In this document: positions 28,500-42,100 of the stretch, in pieces | How the letters are laid out: each line of letters opens with the position of its first letter | How positions within the stretch are numbered: the stretch's first letter is position 1 | Assembly: GCA_964016885.1 (NCBI GenBank) | Contig: OZ024741.1 | Coordinates: forward strand, 257,920,001 to 257,984,000 | Direction of reading: 5' to 3' | Length of the DNA stretch: 64,000 nt | DNA from: Eledone cirrhosa | Lineage: Eukaryota | Position numbers and translations under genes: made by a program | Notes under the pieces: generated by a model | The model's input: only the letters and a program-made list of their open reading frames with translations | What the model was told of the DNA's origin: nothing | The model's database searches: none

Positions 28500-31400
28500 G
28501 ACTTACGGGTGTTTTGACATACGAGTGTTTCGATACGAGTGTTCTGACTTACGAGTGTTCTGACTTACGAGTGTTCTGACTTACGAGTGTTCTGACTTAC
28601 GAGTGTTCTGACATACGTGTGTTCTGACTTACGAGTGTTCCGATTTACGAGTGTTTCGGCTTATGAGTGTTTCAACTCACGTATGTTTTTGCTTACGGGT
28701 GTTTCGACTTACGAATGTTTTTGCTTACGAGTGTTTCGACTTACGAAAATAACAAGTAGACGCGGTTTCAAATCTCTATGCTTTTCAAATTCATTACATT
28801 AATCTTTATTTACACGTTTCGCTTTACGAGTGTTTCGACTTACGAGTGCTTCGACTTACGAGTGTTTCGACTTACGAGTGTTTCGACTTACGAGTGTTTC
28901 GACTTACGAGTGTTTCGACTTACGAGTGTTTTGACTTACGAGTGTTCTGACTTACGAGTGTTCTGACTTACGAGTGTTTCGACTTACGAGTGTTCTGACT
29001 TACGAGTGTTCCGACTTACGAGTGTTTCGACTTACGAGTGTTTCGACTTACGAGTGTTTCGACTTACGAGTGTTTCGGCTTACGAGTGTTTTGACTTACG
29101 AGTGTTCTGACTACGAGTGTTCTGACTTACGAGTGTTTCGGCTTATGAGTGTTTCGACTCACGAGTGTTTCGGCTTATGAGTGTTTCGACTTACGAGTGT
29201 TTCGGCTTACGAGTGTTTCGACTTACGAGTGTTTAGACTTACGACTGTTTCGACTTACGGGTGTTTCGACTTACGAGTGTTTCGACTACGAGTGTTTCGA
29301 CTTACGAGTGTTTCGGCTTACGAGTGTTTCGACATACGGGTGTTTCGACTTACGGTGTTTCGGCTTACGAGTGTTTGGACTTACGAGTGTTCTGACTTAC
29401 GAGTGTTCTGACTTATGAGTGTTCTGACTTACGAGTGTTCTGACTTACGAGTGTTCCGACTTACGAGTGTTTCGGCTTACGAGTGTTTCGGCTTACGAGT
29501 GTTTCGACTTACGAATGTTTCGACTTACGAGTGTTTCGACTTACGAGTGTTTAGGTTTACGAGTGTTTCGACACATGAGTGTTTTGACTTACGGGTGTTT
29601 CGACTTACGGGTGTTTCGACTTATGAGTGTTTCGACTTACGAGTGTTCTGACTTACGAGTGTGCTGACTTACGAGTGTTCCGACTTACGAGTGTTTAGGT
29701 TTACGAGTGTTTCGACACATGAGTGTTTTGACTTACGGGTGTTTCGACTTACGGGTGTTTCGACTTACGAGTGTTTCGGCTTACGAGTGTTTCGACTTAC
29801 TAATGTTTTTACTTACGAGTGTTTCGGTGTACGAGTGATTCGACTTAAGGATGTTTCGATTTACGAGTGTTTCGACTTACGAGTGTTTCGGCTTACGTGA
29901 GTTTCGACTTAAGAGTGTTCTGATTTACGAGTGTTCTGACTTGCGGGTGTTCTGATTTACGAGTGTTCCGACTTACGAGTGTTTCGGCTTATGAGTGTTT
30001 CGACTTACGAGTGTTTCGGCTTACGAGTGTTTCACCTTATGGCTGTTTCGACTTACGAGTGTTTTTACTTATGGTGTTTCGGCTTCCGAGTGTTTCGACA
30101 TACGAGTGTTTTGACTTACGGGTGTTTCGGCTTACGAGTGTTTCGACTTACGAGTGTTTCGGCTTACGAGTGTTTCGACTTACTAATGTTTTTACTTACG
30201 AGTGTTTCGGCGTACGAGAGTTTTGATTTACGAGTGTTTCGACTTACGAGTGTTTCGACTTACGAGTATTTTGACTTACGAATGTTTTGACTTACGGGTG
30301 TTTCGGCTTACGAGTGTTTCGACTTACGAGTCTTTCGGCTTACGAGTGTTTCGACTTACTAATGTTTTTACTTACGAGTGTTTCGGCGTACGAGTGTTTC
30401 GACTTACGAGTGTTTCGACTTACGAGTGTTTTGACTTAAGGGTGTTTCGACTTACGAGTATTTTGGGCTTACGAATGTTTCGACTTACGAGTGTTTTGAC
30501 TTACGAGTGTTCTGATTTACGGATGTTTCGACATACGAGTGTTCAGACTTACGAGTGTTCCGACTTACGAGTGTTTCGGCTTACGAGTGTTTCGGCTCAC
30601 GAGTGTTTCGACTTACGAGTATTTCGACTTACGAGTGTTTTGACTTACGGTGTTTCGGCTTACGAGTGTTTCGACTTACGAGTGTTTTGACTTACTGGTG
30701 TTATGACATACGAGTGTTTCGATACGAGTGTTTCGACTTACGAGTGTTCTGACTTACGAGTGTTCTAACTTACGAGTGTTCTGACTTACGAGTGTTCTGA
30801 CTTACGAGTGTTCCGACTTACGAGTGTTTCGGCTCACGAGTGTTTCGGCTTACGAGTGTTTCGACTTACGAAAATAACAAATAGACGCGGTTTCAAATCT
30901 CTATGCTTTTCAAATTCATTACATTAATCTTTATTTATACGTTTCGCTTTACGAGTATTTTGACTTACGAGTGTTTCGACTTACGAGTGTTTCGGCTTAC
31001 GAGTGTTTTGACTTACGAGTGTTTTGACTTACATGTGTTTCGACTTACGCGTGTTTCGACTTACGAGTGTTTCGACTTGCGAGTGTTTCGACTTACGAGT
31101 GTTTTGACTTACGGGTGTTTTGACTTACGGTGTTTCGGCTTACGAGTGTTTCGACTTACGAGTGTTTCGACTTACGGGTGTTTTGACATACGAGTGTTTC
31201 GATACGAGTGTTCTGACTTACGAGTGTTCTGACTTACGAGTGTTCTAACTTACGAGTGTTCTGACTTACGAGTGTTCTGACTTACGAGTGTTCCGACTTA
31301 CGAGTGTTTCGGCTCACGAGTGTTTCGGCTTACGAGTGTTTCGACTTACGAAAATAACAAATAGACGCGGTTTCAAATCTCTATGCTTTTCAAATTCATT

Positions 31401-34400
31401 ACATTAATCTTTATTTATACGTTTCGCTTTACGAGTGTTTTGACTTACGAGTGTTTCGACTTACGAGTGTTTCGGCTTACGAGTGTTTTGACTTACGAGT
31501 GTTTTGACTTACATGTGTTTCGACTTACGCGTGTTTCGACTTACGAGTGTTTCGACTTGCGAGTGTTTCGACTACGGGTGTTTCGACTTACGAATGTTTT
31601 GACTTACGGATGTTTTGACTTACGGGTGTTTCGGCTTACGAGTGTTTCGACTTACGAGTGTTTCGACTTACGAGTGTTTTGACTTACGGGTGTTTTGACT
31701 TACGGTGTTTCGGCTTACGAGTGTTTCGACTTACGAGTGTTTCGACTTACGGGTGTTTTGACATACGAGTGTTTCGATACGAGTGTTCTGACTTACGAGT
31801 GTTCTGACTTACGAGTGTTCTGACTTACGAGTGTTCTGACTTACGAGTGTTCTGACATACGTGTGTTCTGACTTACGAGTGTTCCGATTTACGAGTGTTT
31901 CGGCTTATGAGTGTTTCAACTCACGTATGTTTTTGCTTACGGGTGTTTCGACTTACGAATGTTTTTGCTTACGAGTGTTTCGACTTACGAAAATAACAAA
32001 TAGACGCGGTTTCAAATCTCTATGCTTTTCAAATTCATTACATTAATCTTTATTTACACGTTTCGCTTTACGAGTGTTTCGACTTACGAGTGCTTCGGCT
32101 TACGAGTGTTTCGACTTACGAGTGTTTCGACTTACGAGTGTTTCGACTTACGAGTGTTTCGACTTACGAGTGTTTTGACTTACGAGTGTTCTGACTTACG
32201 AGTGTTCTGACTTACGAGTGTTTCGACTTACGAGTGTTCTGACTTACGAGTGTTCCGACTTACGAGTGTTTCGACTTACGAGTGTTTCGACTTACGAGTG
32301 TTTCGACTTACGAGTGTTTCGGCTTACGAGTGTTTTGACTTACGAGTGTTCTGACTACGAGTGTTCTGACTTACGAGTGTTTCGGCTTATGAGTGTTTCG
32401 ACTCACGAGTGTTTCGGCTTATGAGTGTTTCGACTTACGAGTGTTTCGGCTTACGAGTGTTTCGACTTACGAGTGTTTAGACTTACGAGTGTTTCGACTT
32501 ACGGGTGTTTCGACTTACGAGTGTTTCGACTACGAGTGTTTCGACTTACGAGTGTTTCGGCTTACGAGTGTTTCGACATACGGGTGTTTCGACTTACGGT
32601 GTTTCGGCTTACGAGTGTTTCGACTTACGAGTGTTCTGACTTACGAGTGTTCTGACTTATGAGTGTTCTGACTTACGAGTGTTCTGACTTACGAGTGTTC
32701 CGACTTACGAGTGTTTCGGCTTACGAGTGTTTCGGCTTACGAGTGTTTCGACTTACGAATGTTTCGACTTACGAGTGTTTCGACTTACGAGTGTTTAGGT
32801 TTACGAGTGTTTCGACACATGAGTGTTTTGACTTACGGGTGTTTCGACTTACGGGTGTTTCGACTTATGAGTGTTTCGACTTACGAGTGTTCTGACTTAC
32901 GAGTGTGCTGACTTACGAGTGTTCCGACTTACGAGTGTTTAGGTTTACGAGTGTTTCGACACATGAGTGTTTTGACTTACGGGTGTTTCGACTTACGGGT
33001 GTTTCGACTTACGAGTGTTTCGGCTTACGAGTGTTTCGACTTACTAATGTTTTTACTTACGAGTGTTTCGGTGTACGAGTGATTCGACTTAAGGATGTTT
33101 CGATTTACGAGTGTTTCGACTTACGAGTGTTTCGGCTTACGTGAGTTTCGACTTAAGAGTGTTCTGATTTACGAGTGTTCTGACTTGCGGGTGTTCTGAT
33201 TTACGAGTGTTCCGACTTACGAGTGTTTCGGCTTATGAGTGTTTCGACTTACGAGTGTTTCGGCTTACGAGTGTTTCACCTTATGGCTGTTTCGACTTAC
33301 GAGTGTTTTTACTTATGGTGTTTCGGCTTCCGAGTGTTTCGACATACGAGTGTTTTGACTTACGGGTGTTTCGGCTTACGAGTGTTTCGACTTACGAGTG
33401 TTTCGGCTTACGAGTGTTTCGACTTACTAATGTTTTTACTTACGAGTGTTTCGGCGTACGAGAGTTTTGACTTACGAGTGTTTCGACTTACGAGTGTTTC
33501 GACTTACGAGTATTTTGACTTACGAATGTTTTGACTTACGGGTGTTTCGGCTTACGAGTGTTTCGACTTACGAGTCTTTCGGCTTACGAGTGTTTCGACT
33601 TACTAATGTTTTTACTTACGAGTGTTTCGGCGTACGAGTGTTTCGACTTACGAGTGTTTCGACTTACGGGTGTTTTGACTTACGGGTGTTTCGGCTTACG
33701 AGTGTTTTGACTTAAGGGTGTTTCGACTTACGAGTATTTTGGGCTTACGAGTGTTTCGACTTACGAGTGTTTTGACTTACGAGTGTTCTGATTTACGGAT
33801 GTTTCGACATACGAGTGTTCAGACTTACGAGTGTTCCGACTTACGAGTGTTTCGGCTTACGAGTGTTTCGGCTCACGAGTGTTTCGACTTACGAGTATTT
33901 CGACTTACGAGTGTTTTGACTTACGGTGTTTCGGCTTACGAGTGTTTCGACTTACGAGTGTTTTGACTTACTGGTGTTATGACATACGAGTGTTTCGATA
34001 CGAGTGTTTCGACTTACGAGTGTTCTGACTTACGAGTGTTCTAACTTACGAGTGTTCTGACTTACGAGTGTTCTGACTTACGAGTGTTCCGACTTACGAG
34101 TGTTTCGGCTCACGAGTGTTTCGGCTTACGAGTGTTTCGACTTACGAAAATAACAAATAGACGCGGTTTCAAATCTCTATGCTTTTCAAATTCATTACAT
34201 TAATCTTTATTTATACGTTTCGCTTTACGAGTATTTTGACTTACGAGTGTTTCGACTTACGAGTGTTTCGGCTTACGAGTGTTTTGACTTACGAGTGTTT
34301 TGACTTACATGTGTTTCGACTTACGCGTGTTTCGACTTACGTGTGTTTCGACTTGCGAGTGTTTCGACTTACGAGTGTTTTGACTTACGGGTGTTTTGAC

Positions 34401-37400
34401 TTACGGTGTTTCGGCTTACGAGTGTTTCGACTTACGAGTGTTTCGACTTACGGGTGTTTTGACATACGAGTGTTTCGATACGAGTGTTCTGACTTACGAG
34501 TGTTCTGACTTACGAGTGTTCTGACTTACGAGTGTTCTGACTTACGAGTGTTCTGACATACGTGTGTTCTGACTTACGAGTGTTCCGATTTACGAGTGTT
34601 TCGGCTTATGAGTGTTTCAACTCACGTATGTTTTTGCTTACGGGTGTTTCGACTTACGAATGTTTTTGCTTACGAGTGTTTCGACTTACGAAAATAACAA
34701 ATAGACGCGGTTTCAAATCTCTATGCTTTTCAAATTCATTACATTAATCTTTATTTACACGTTTCGCTTTACGAGTGTTTCGACTTACGAGTGCTTCGAC
34801 TTACGAGTGTTTCGACTTACGAGTGTTTCGACTTACGAGTGTTTCGACTTACGAGTGTTTCGACTTACGAGTGTTTTGACTTACGAGTGTTCTGACTTAC
34901 GAGTGTTCTGATTTACGAGTGTTTCGACTTACGAGTGTTCTGACTTACGAGTGTTCCGACTTACGAGTGTTTCGACTTACGAGTGTTTCGACTTACGAGT
35001 GTTTCGACTTACGAGTGTTTCGGCTTACGAGTGTTTTGACTTACGAGTGTTCTGACTACGAGTGTTCTGACTTACGAGTGTTTCGGCTTATGAGTGTTTC
35101 GACTCACGAGTGTTTCGGCTTATGAGTGTTTCGACTTACGAGTGTTTCGGTTTACGAGTGTTTCGACTTACGAGTGTTTAGACTTACGAGTGTTTCGACT
35201 TACGGGTGTTTCGACTTACAAGTGTTTCGACTACGAGTGTTTCGACTTACGAGTGTTTCGGCTTACGAGTGTTTCGACATACGGGTGTTTCGACTTACGG
35301 TGTTTTGGCTTACGAGTGTTTCGACTTACGAGTGTTCTGACTTACGAGTGTTCTGACTTATGAGTGTTCTGACTTACGAGTGTTCTGACTTACGAGTGTT
35401 CCGACTTACGAGTGTTTCGGCTTACGAGTGTTTCGGCTTACGAGTGTTTCGACTTACGAATGTTTCGACTTACGAGTGTTTCGACTTACGAGTGTTTAGG
35501 TTTACGAGTGTTTCGACACATGAGTGTTTTGACTTACGGGTGTTTCGACTTACGGGTGTTTCGACTTATGAGTGTTTCGACTTACGAGTGTTCTGACTTA
35601 CGAGTGTGCTGACTTACGAGTGTTCCGACTTACGAGTGTTTAGGTTTACGAGTGTTTCGACACATGAGTGTTTTGACTTACGGGTGTTTCGACTTACGGG
35701 TGTTTCGACTTACGAGTGTTTCGGCTTACGAGTGTTTCGACTTACTAATGTTTTTACTTACGAGTGTTTCGGTGTACGAGTGATTCGACTTAAGGATGTT
35801 TCGATTTACGAGTGTTTCGACTTACGAGTGTTTCGGCTTACGTGAGTTTCGACTTAAGAGTGTTCTGATTTACGAGTGTTCTGACTTGCGGGTGTTCTGA
35901 TTTACGAGTGTTCCGACTTACGAGTGTTTCGGCTTATGAGTGTTTCGACTTACGAGTGTTTCGGCTTACGAGTGTTTCACCTTATGGCTGTTTCGACTTA
36001 CGAGTGTTTTTACTTATGGTGTTTCGGCTTCCGAGTGTTTCGACATACGAGTGTTTTGACTTACGGGTGTTTCGGCTTACGAGTGTTTCGACTTACGAGT
36101 GTTTCGGCTTACGAGTGTTTCGACTTACTAATGTTTTTACTTACGAGTGTTTCGGCGTACGAGAGTTTTGATTTACGAGTGTTTCGACTTACGAGTGTTT
36201 CGACTTACGAGTATTTTGACTTACGAATGTTTTGACTTACGGGTGTTTCGGCTTACGAGTGTTTCGACTTACGAGTCTTTCGGCTTACGAGTGTTTCGAC
36301 TTACTAATGTTTTTACTTACGAGTGTTTCGGCGTACGAGTGTTTCGACTTACGAGTGTTTCGACTTACGAGTGTTTTGACTTAAGGGTGTTTCGACTTAC
36401 GAGTATTTTGGGCTTACGAATGTTTCGACTTACGAGTGTTTTGACTTACGAGTGTTCTGATTTACGGATGTTTCGACATACGAGTGTTCAGACTTACGAG
36501 TGTTCCGACTTACGAGTGTTTCGGCTTACGAGTGTTTCGGCTCACGAGTGTTTCGACTTACGAGTATTTCGACTTACGAGTGTTTTGACTTACGGTGTTT
36601 CGGCTTACGAGTGTTTCGACTTACGAGTGTTTTGACTTACTGGTGTTATGACATACGAGTGTTTCGATACGAGTGTTTCGACTTACGAGTGTTCTGACTT
36701 ACGAGTGTTCTAACTTACGAGTGTTCTGACTTACGAGTGTTCTGACTTACGAGTGTTCCGACTTACGAGTGTTTCGGCTCACGAGTGTTTCGGCTTACGA
36801 GTGTTTCGACTTACGAAAATAACAAATAGACGCGGTTTCAAATCTCTATGCTTTTCAAATTCATTACATTAATCTTTATTTATACGTTTCGCTTTACGAG
36901 TATTTTGACTTACGAGTGTTTCGACTTACGAGTGTTTCGGCTTACGAGTGTTTTGACTTACGAGTGTTTTGACTTACATGTGTTTCGACTTACGCGTGTT
37001 TCGACTTACGAGTGTTTCGACTTGCGAGTGTTTCGACTTACGAGTGTTTTGACTTACGGGTGTTTTGACTTACGGTGTTTCGGCTTACGAGTGTTTCGAC
37101 TTACGAGTGTTTCGACTTACGGGTGTTTTGACATACGAGTGTTTCGATACGAGTGTTCTGACTTACGAGTGTTCTGACTTACGAGTGTTCTAACTTACGA
37201 GTGTTCTGACTTACGAGTGTTCTGACTTACGAGTGTTCCGACTTACGAGTGTTTCGGCTCACGAGTGTTTCGGCTTACGAGTGTTTCGACTTACGAAAAT
37301 AACAAATAGACGCGGTTTCAAATCTCTATGCTTTTCAAATTCATTACATTAATCTTTATTTATACGTTTCGCTTTACGAGTGTTTTGACTTACGAGTGTT

Positions 37401-40400
37401 TCGACTTACGAGTGTTTCGGCTTACGAGTGTTTTGACTTACGAGTGTTTTGACTTACATGTGTTTCGACTTACGCGTGTTTCGACTTACGAGTGTTTCGA
37501 CTTGCGAGTGTTTCGACTACGGGTGTTTCGACTTACGAATGTTTTGACTTACGGATGTTTTGACTTACGGGTGTTTCGGCTTACGAGTGTTTCGACTTAC
37601 GAGTGTTTCGACTTACGAGTGTTTTGACTTACGGGTGTTTTGACTTACGGTGTTTCGGCTTACGAGTGTTTCGACTTACGAGTGTTTCGACTTACGGGTG
37701 TTTTGACATACGAGTGTTTCGATACGAGTGTTCTGACTTACGAGTGTTCTGACTTACGAGTGTTCTGACTTACGAGTGTTCTGACTTACGAGTGTTCTGA
37801 CATACGTGTGTTCTGACTTACGAGTGTTCCGATTTACGAGTGTTTCGGCTTATGAGTGTTTCAACTCACGTATGTTTTTGCTTACGGGTGTTTCGACTTA
37901 CGAATGTTTTTGCTTACGAGTGTTTCGACTTACGAAAATAACAAATAGACGCGGTTTCAAATCTCTATGCTTTTCAAATTCATTACATTAATCTTTATTT
38001 ACACGTTTCGCTTTACGAGTGTTTCGACTTACGAGTGCTTCGGCTTACGAGTGTTTCGACTTACGAGTGTTTCGACTTACGAGTGTTTCGACTTACGAGT
38101 GTTTCGACTTACGAGTGTTTTGACTTACGAGTGTTCTGACTTACGAGTGTTCTGACTTACGAGTGTTTCGACTTACGAGTGTTCTGACTTACGAGTGTTC
38201 CGACTTACGAGTGTTTCGACTTACGAGTGTTTCGACTTACGAGTGTTTCGACTTACGAGTGTTTCGGCTTACGAGTGTTTTGACTTACGAGTGTTCTGAC
38301 TACGAGTGTTCTGACTTACGAGTGTTTCGGCTTATGAGTGTTTCGACTCACGAGTGTTTCGGCTTATGAGTGTTTCGACTTACGAGTGTTTCGGCTTACG
38401 AGTGTTTCGACTTACGAGTGTTTAGACTTACGAGTGTTTCGACTTACGGGTGTTTCGACTTACGAGTGTTTCGACTACGAGTGTTTCGACTTACGAGTGT
38501 TTCGGCTTACGAGTGTTTCGACATACGGGTGTTTCGACTTACGGTGTTTCGGCTTACGAGTGTTTCGACTTACGAGTGTTCTGACTTACGAGTGTTCTGA
38601 CTTATGAGTGTTCTGACTTACGAGTGTTCTGACTTACGAGTGTTCCGACTTACGAGTGTTTCGGCTTACGAGTGTTTCGGCTTACGAGTGTTTCGACTTA
38701 CGAATGTTTCGACTTACGAGTGTTTCGACTTACGAGTGTTTAGGTTTACGAGTGTTTCGACACATGAGTGTTTTGACTTACGGGTGTTTCGACTTACGGG
38801 TGTTTCGACTTATGAGTGTTTCGACTTACGAGTGTTCTGACTTACGAGTGTGCTGACTTACGAGTGTTCCGACTTACGAGTGTTTAGGTTTACGAGTGTT
38901 TCGACACATGAGTGTTTTGACTTACGGGTGTTTCGACTTACGGGTGTTTCGACTTACGAGTGTTTCGGCTTACGAGTGTTTCGACTTACTAATGTTTTTA
39001 CTTACGAGTGTTTCGGTGTACGAGTGATTCGACTTAAGGATGTTTCGATTTACGAGTGTTTCGACTTACGAGTGTTTCGGCTTACGTGAGTTTCGACTTA
39101 AGAGTGTTCTGATTTACGAGTGTTCTGACTTGCGGGTGTTCTGATTTACGAGTGTTCCGACTTACGAGTGTTTCGGCTTATGAGTGTTTCGACTTACGAG
39201 TGTTTCGGCTTACGAGTGTTTCACCTTATGGCTGTTTCGACTTACGAGTGTTTTTACTTATGGTGTTTCGGCTTCCGAGTGTTTCGACATACGAGTGTTT
39301 TGACTTACGGGTGTTTCGGCTTACGAGTGTTTCGACTTACGAGTGTTTCGGCTTACGAGTGTTTCGACTTACTAATGTTTTTACTTACGAGTGTTTCGGC
39401 GTACGAGAGTTTTGACTTACGAGTGTTTCGACTTACGAGTGTTTCGACTTACGAGTATTTTGACTTACGAATGTTTTGACTTACGGGTGTTTCGGCTTAC
39501 GAGTGTTTCGACTTACGAGTCTTTCGGCTTACGAGTGTTTCGACTTACTAATGTTTTTACTTACGAGTGTTTCGGCGTACGAGTGTTTCGACTTACGAGT
39601 GTTTCGACTTACGGGTGTTTTGACTTACGGGTGTTTCGGCTTACGAGTGTTTTGACTTAAGGGTGTTTCGACTTACGAGTATTTTGGGCTTACGAGTGTT
39701 TCGACTTACGAGTGTTTTGACTTACGAGTGTTCTGATTTACGGATGTTTCGACATACGAGTGTTCAGACTTACGAGTGTTCCGACTTACGAGTGTTTCGG
39801 CTTACGAGTGTTTCGGCTCACGAGTGTTTCGACTTACGAGTATTTCGACTTACGAGTGTTTTGACTTACGGTGTTTCGGCTTACGAGTGTTTCGACTTAC
39901 GAGTGTTTTGACTTACTGGTGTTATGACATACGAGTGTTTCGATACGAGTGTTTCGACTTACGAGTGTTCTGACTTACGAGTGTTCTAACTTACGAGTGT
40001 TCTGACTTACGAGTGTTCTGACTTACGAGTGTTCCGACTTACGAGTGTTTCGGCTCACGAGTGTTTCGGCTTACGAGTGTTTCGACTTACGAAAATAACA
40101 AATAGACGCGGTTTCAAATCTCTATGCTTTTCAAATTCATTACATTAATCTTTATTTATACGTTTCGCTTTACGAGTATTTTGACTTACGAGTGTTTCGA
40201 CTTACGAGTGTTTCGGCTTACGAGTGTTTTGACTTACGAGTGTTTTGACTTACATGTGTTTCGACTTACGCGTGTTTCGACTTACGTGTGTTTCGACTTG
40301 CGAGTGTTTCGACTTACGAGTGTTTTGACTTACGGGTGTTTTGACTTACGGTGTTTCGGCTTACGAGTGTTTCGACTTACGAGTGTTTCGACTTACGGGT

Positions 40401-42100
40401 GTTTTGACATACGAGTGTTTCGATACGAGTGTTCTGACTTACGAGTGTTCTGACTTACGAGTGTTCTGACTTACGAGTGTTCTGACTTACGAGTGTTCTG
40501 ACATACGTGTGTTCTGACTTACGAGTGTTCCGATTTACGAGTGTTTCGGCTTATGAGTGTTTCAACTCACGTATGTTTTTGCTTACGGGTGTTTCGACTT
40601 ACGAATGTTTTTGCTTACGAGTGTTTCGACTTACGAAAATAACAAATAGACGCGGTTTCAAATCTCTATGCTTTTCAAATTCATTACATTAATCTTTATT
40701 TACACGTTTCGCTTTACGAGTGTTTCGACTTACGAGTGCTTCGACTTACGAGTGTTTCGACTTACGAGTGTTTCGACTTACGAGTGTTTCGACTTACGAG
40801 TGTTTCGACTTACGAGTGTTTTGACTTACGAGTGTTCTGACTTACGAGTGTTCTGATTTACGAGTGTTTCGACTTACGAGTGTTCTGACTTACGAGTGTT
40901 CCGACTTACGAGTGTTTCGACTTACGAGTGTTTCGACTTACGAGTGTTTCGACTTACGAGTGTTTCGGCTTACGAGTGTTTTGACTTACGAGTGTTCTGA
41001 CTACGAGTGTTCTGACTTACGAGTGTTTCGGCTTATGAGTGTTTCGACTCACGAGTGTTTCGGCTTATGAGTGTTTCGACTTACGAGTGTTTCGGTTTAC
41101 GAGTGTTTCGACTTACGAGTGTTTAGACTTACGAGTGTTTCGACTTACGGGTGTTTCGACTTACAAGTGTTTCGACTACGAGTGTTTCGACTTACGAGTG
41201 TTTCGGCTTACGAGTGTTTCGACATACGGGTGTTTCGACTTACGGTGTTTTGGCTTACGAGTGTTTCGACTTACGAGTGTTCTGACTTACGAGTGTTCTG
41301 ACTTATGAGTGTTCTGACTTACGAGTGTTCTGACTTACGAGTGTTCCGACTTACGAGTGTTTCGGCTTACGAGTGTTTCGGCTTACGAGTGTTTCGACTT
41401 ACGAATGTTTCGACTTACGAGTGTTTCGAGTTACGAGTGTTTAGGTTTACGAGTGTTTCGACACATGAGTGTTTTGACTTACGGGTGTTTCGACTTACGG
41501 GTGTTTCGACTTATGAGTGTTTCGACTTACGAGTGTTCTGACTTACGAGTGTGCTGACTTACGAGTGTTCCGACTTACGAGTGTTTAGGTTTACGAGTGT
41601 TTCGACACATGAGTGTTTTGACTTACGGGTGTTTCGACTTACGGGTGTTTCGACTTACGAGTGTTTCGGCTTACGAGTGTTTCGACTTACTAATGTTTTT
41701 ACTTACGAGTGTTTCGGTGTACGAGTGATTCGACTTAAGGATGTTTCGATTTACGAGTGTTTCGACTTACGAGTGTTTCGGCTTACGTGAGTTTCGACTT
41801 AAGAGTGTTCTGATTTACGAGTGTTCTGACTTGCGGGTGTTCTGATTTACGAGTGTTCCGACTTACGAGTGTTTCGGCTTATGAGTGTTTCGACTTACGA
41901 GTGTTTCGGCTTACGAGTGTTTCACCTTATGGCTGTTTCGACTTACGAGTGTTTTTACTTATGGTGTTTCGGCTTCCGAGTGTTTCGACATACGAGTGTT
42001 TTGACTTACGGGTGTTTCGGCTTACGAGTGTTTCGACTTACGAGTGTTTCGGCTTACGAGTGTTTCGACTTACTAATGTTTTTACTTACGAGTGTTTCGG
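28500..42100 (+). repeat. 5,945-bp higher-order repeat (~2.3 copies, five AT-rich elements per unit)
   Basis: Constant offset 5945: 28778/34723/40668, 29963/35908/41853, 30903/36848, 31383/37328, 32022/37967, 34179/40124. Confidence 0.93.
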
